Origin: Pseudobacteriovorax sp.
GTDB taxonomy: Bacteria > Bdellovibrionota_B > Oligoflexia > Oligoflexales > Oligoflexaceae
Reading direction: 5' to 3'
Length of the DNA: 40,486 bases
NCBI GenBank assembly: GCA_050293845.1
Contig: JBNKNM010000028.1
Location: forward strand, 1 to 40,486
Translations under genes and position numbers: made by a program
Part shown: positions 37,501 to 40,486 of the stretch, piece by piece
Position numbering within the stretch: the stretch's first letter is position 1
Layout: each line of letters opens with the position of its first letter
The notes under the pieces: generated by a model
Database searches by the model: none
What the model saw: the letters and a program-made list of their open reading frames with translations, nothing else
What the model was told of the DNA's origin: nothing

Positions 37501-38253
37501 ATGAATAAGCGCAAAAGAACTATGCAGGAAGAATTACAGCTTAAGCTTATACCAGTATTTCTCGGCCTCAGACTTTATCACCGCCATGAGGTTCATGGCA
37601 TGAGTAATATCCCGCAGACCGGACCTGTGATTATTGCCTGCACCCATAGTTTAGCGACATACGACATTACCCTTTTGATGACAGCCATCTACCAAAGTAT
37701 GAACCGTTTCCCCAGAGCTCTGATCGACCGGGCCTTTTATAAAATTCCGGGACTTGGCGAACTAATGGAACGATTGGGCTGTATTATCGGCACCCCGGAA
37801 AATGCTAAAACCCTATTATCTAATGGGGAAATAGTTTATCTAGCACCGGGGGGGATGGAGGAGTCTTTGCGGCCTTCCTCGGATCGCTATCGTGTTATTT
37901 GGACAAAACGCAAAGGTTTTGCCAAACTTGCCATTGAAAGCGGCGCTCCTATAGTGCTAGCCGCATGCCCCAGCGCTGATGATATTTATACTGTGTATGA
38001 CAGTCCGATTACAAAATTTTTCTACAAACGATTCCGCTTTCCCATATTTTTTGCCAGAGGCTTTGGGCCCACAGTGCTACCTAAACCGGTAAAGCTAGAC
38101 CACTATCTCAGCAAGCCCCTATATCCTCCTAAAAAGAAAGAGGACCCTGTTGCCTTTAAGCGGCAAGTATATAATTTTCATAAGCGCCTTGTCAAAACTA
38201 TGGATGAAATGATCCATGAGGGTATTGTACCGCAAGAAAAGCCACTCTTCTAA
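37501..38253 (+). CDS. Lysophospholipid/acylglycerol acyltransferase family protein
   Basis: HGMSNIP..GPVIIACTHS..YD, APGGMEE and RKGFAKLAIESGAPIV. Confidence 0.85.
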   Translation: MNKRKRTMQEELQLKLIPVFLGLRLYHRHEVHGMSNIPQTGPVIIACTHSLATYDITLLMTAIYQSMNRFPRALIDRAFYKIPGLGELMERLGCIIGTPENAKTLLSNGEIVYLAPGGMEESLRPSSDRYRVIWTKRKGFAKLAIESGAPIVLAACPSADDIYTVYDSPITKFFYKRFRFPIFFARGFGPTVLPKPVKLDHYLSKPLYPPKKKEDPVAFKRQVYNFHKRLVKTMDEMIHEGIVPQEKPLF

Positions 38254-38296
38254 TCCAAGAATTTACAAACTGAATTTTCAGATCCGAGTTCTAAAT

Positions 38297-38908
38297 ATGA
38301 CCCGCAACAAAAAGATAGTTTTATTCTTATTCCTGACTGTGGCCGGTTTCTGCTGGATTTACCGCGGTAGCATCGCCAATCTACCGATGCATATACTTAT
38401 CCGTCATGATCATCCTGAAAAAGGGGCTGACTTTATTGTTATTATGATGGGTAATGTGATGGATCGCACAGCCCATGCGGTGCAACTCTATCAGCAAGGG
38501 TATGGGAAAAAAATTCTCTTTGCTGAAACTGAGCAAAGCGAGTTGATCCGTCGAGGTTTTCGCACTACAGATGGCGCCACGACCCATCGCATGCTCATGG
38601 AGGCTGCCGTCCCCCAAGATGCTATCATCTATCTTTCACACACTAGAAATAGCTCCAGTCAAGAGGAAGTCAGAACGATTCTCGACTACTTGTCTGAGCA
38701 TGATGCCACCTCCCAGCGCGTGATACTTGTCACTAGTTGGTACCACTCTAGCCGCGCCCATTGGATTATGGAAAGAATTAACCGTTCATCCGTTACTATA
38801 GAATCGTTTCCTTCCCCAAACCCGCCAACATGGTGGGGAACAGAGGGTGACTTTTTAGCGGTTTACAATGAGTATCTCAAGTGGGCTTATTACCTTATAA
38901 AATACTAA
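38297..38908 (+). CDS. YdcF/DUF218 family protein
   Basis: ADFIVIMMG, AVQLYQQG, ILVTSWYHSSRA and NEYLK. Confidence 0.82.
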   Translation: MTRNKKIVLFLFLTVAGFCWIYRGSIANLPMHILIRHDHPEKGADFIVIMMGNVMDRTAHAVQLYQQGYGKKILFAETEQSELIRRGFRTTDGATTHRMLMEAAVPQDAIIYLSHTRNSSSQEEVRTILDYLSEHDATSQRVILVTSWYHSSRAHWIMERINRSSVTIESFPSPNPPTWWGTEGDFLAVYNEYLKWAYYLIKY

Positions 38909-39022
38909 GCTTAAGCTACTACTGCTATAGCATTTATATCCTGAACTCAGACAGTAGTGGAATAGTTTTCCATTCGGAAGTACCTTATAAGCTATATAGT
39001 TGGATACTTTGAGGTCTATAAC

Positions 39023-40099
39023 ATGAAGTTAATGGTTACAGGAGGAGCGGGGTTTATTGGCTCAGCCGTTATACGAGCTGCCATGAAAAATCCCGCTATT
39101 AATATACTAAATATCGACAAATTAACCTATGCCGGACATTTGAGCACCGTTGAGCCCTTTGTAGACCCCACAAGGTATAAATTTCTTAAAGCTGATATCT
39201 GTAACGGCCCTATTATGGAGCAGATTATAGACGAATTCCAGCCAGATATCGTCATGCACCTGGCTGCTGAATCCCATGTGGACCGCTCCATAGACGGCCC
39301 TGATCAATTTTTACAGACCAATCTTTTTGGTACCTATCATCTACTGCAAGCCAGTTTAAAATACTATCGTTCACTTCCCGCTGCAAAAAAAGAGGGATTT
39401 CGCTTTCATCATATTTCTACTGATGAAGTGTTTGGTTCTTTGGGAGAAACCGGTTGGTTTACCGAAACCTCGCCCTATGATCCTCGCTCGCCCTATTCTG
39501 CGACAAAGGCTGGCTCGGATCACCTGGTAAGTGCATGGTATCATACCTACGGCCTGCCGATTCTCATTACCAACTGCTCCAATAATTACGGTCCTTATCA
39601 ATTTCCTGAGAAACTCATTCCTGTCATGATTCTGAAGGCTCTAAGAGGTGAGCCTCTTCCCGTCTATGGGAACGGCAGCAATATTCGTGACTGGCTCCAT
39701 GTAGAGGACCATGCCCGCGCCCTGCTGTTAGTAGCCCAGCAAGGTAAAATAGGCCAAACCTACAATATTGGTGGTCACAATGAGAAAACTAATTTGCAAG
39801 TGGTGGAAGCTATTTGTGAACTTGTTGATCAGTTGGCACCCACTAATTCTATAGGTTCCCGGCACGATTTAATCAGCTTTGTAAAGGATAGACCAGGTCA
39901 CGATCAGAGATATGCCATAGATGCCAGCAAGATCGAGAGAGACCTTGGATGGACTCCCCTTGAAACCTTTAGCTCTGGGCTCAAAAAAACTGTCCAGTGG
40001 TATATAGCCGAATCTGAAAAATGGGTGAAAGACATTCAAAACCAAACCCATATTGGGTATCGTCAGGGTGTTGATAGTCCCGTTTCTACAAGTTATTGA
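39023..40099 (+). CDS. rfbB: dTDP-glucose 4,6-dehydratase
   Basis: [33 protein letters not shown] and [10 protein letters not shown]. Confidence 0.97.
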   Translation: MKLMVTGGAGFIGSAVIRAAMKNPAINILNIDKLTYAGHLSTVEPFVDPTRYKFLKADICNGPIMEQIIDEFQPDIVMHLAAESHVDRSIDGPDQFLQTNLFGTYHLLQASLKYYRSLPAAKKEGFRFHHISTDEVFGSLGETGWFTETSPYDPRSPYSATKAGSDHLVSAWYHTYGLPILITNCSNNYGPYQFPEKLIPVMILKALRGEPLPVYGNGSNIRDWLHVEDHARALLLVAQQGKIGQTYNIGGHNEKTNLQVVEAICELVDQLAPTNSIGSRHDLISFVKDRPGHDQRYAIDASKIERDLGWTPLETFSSGLKKTVQWYIAESEKWVKDIQNQTHIGYRQGVDSPVSTSY

Positions 40100-40110
40100 G
40101 GTTATAATTC

Positions 40111-40486
40111 ATGCAAATCGTCGATACAGCTTTATCAGAAGTTAAGCTTATCAAACCTAAAATATTCGGTGATCACCGTGGCTTTTTTCTAGAGACCTAT
40201 CAAAAAGAGCGATACATTACCGCCGGAATCCAGGCTGAATTTGTTCAGGATAACCTTTCCCGATCACAGTACGGTGTTCTCAGGGGGCTGCACTTACAAA
40301 ATCCGCAGGCTCAGGGCAAACTGGTTTCCGTCGTAGTAGGAGAAGTCTTCGATGTCGCCGTTGATGTTAGGATAAATTCTCCCACTTTTGGACAATGGGT
40401 TGGGTATCCACTTACGGAAGAAAATAAGCACCAGCTTTGGATACCAGCTGGATTTGCCCATGGTTTCGTGGTGACCAGCCCAGACG
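40111..40486 (+). CDS. rfbC: dTDP-4-dehydrorhamnose 3,5-epimerase (runs off the window)
   Basis: Not in the ORF track. Manual translation: MQIVDTALSEVKLIKPKIFGDHRGFFLE...FVQDNLSRSQYGVLRGLHLQ...QGKLV...WIPAGFAHGF. Confidence 0.95.
   Translation, partial: MQIVDTALSEVKLIKPKIFGDHRGFFLETYQKERYITAGIQAEFVQDNLSRSQYGVLRGLHLQNPQAQGKLVSVVVGEVFDVAVDVRINSPTFGQWVGYPLTEENKHQLWIPAGFAHGFVVTSPD

Overview
Bacterial chromosomal window from a diderm, flagellated organism; the gene content and FliK/FlgD style suggest a Bdellovibrionota/Oligoflexia-like or deltaproteobacterial lineage (inference). The left end has mutS (partial), comF and a divergent pstSCAB operon. A roughly 6 kb accessory patch follows, holding an orphan family-3 solute-binding protein behind a sigma28-like promoter, a decayed three-gene operon (DegT aminotransferase, alpha/beta hydrolase, trypsin-like protease), three tandem 4-Cys secreted paralogues (DUF4360-like) and a methyltransferase remnant. 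Next are the core rplU-rpmA-obgE-nadD-rsfS-rlmH-yjbQ operon, then fliK-flgD followed not by flgE but by a triple Kazal-like lipoprotein and an HExxH metallopeptidase lipoprotein, then GT9-waaA-rng. A tightly coupled, uncharacterised envelope operon comes next (SH3b lipoprotein, beta-sandwich lipoprotein, 955-aa PEGA/FlgT-like/TPR lipoprotein, TolB-like propeller, orphan OppA/DppA-type binding protein, pseudo-receiver-PilZ protein). The window ends with a two-component pair, dapF, an acyltransferase, a YdcF protein and rfbB-rfbC (partial). I saw no rRNA, tRNA, CRISPR array or transposase. The best candidates for undescribed systems are the 25.9-34.5 kb envelope operon and the Kazal-like/peptidase pair in the flagellar hook operon. 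All domain assignments are by-eye motif recognition, not database results.
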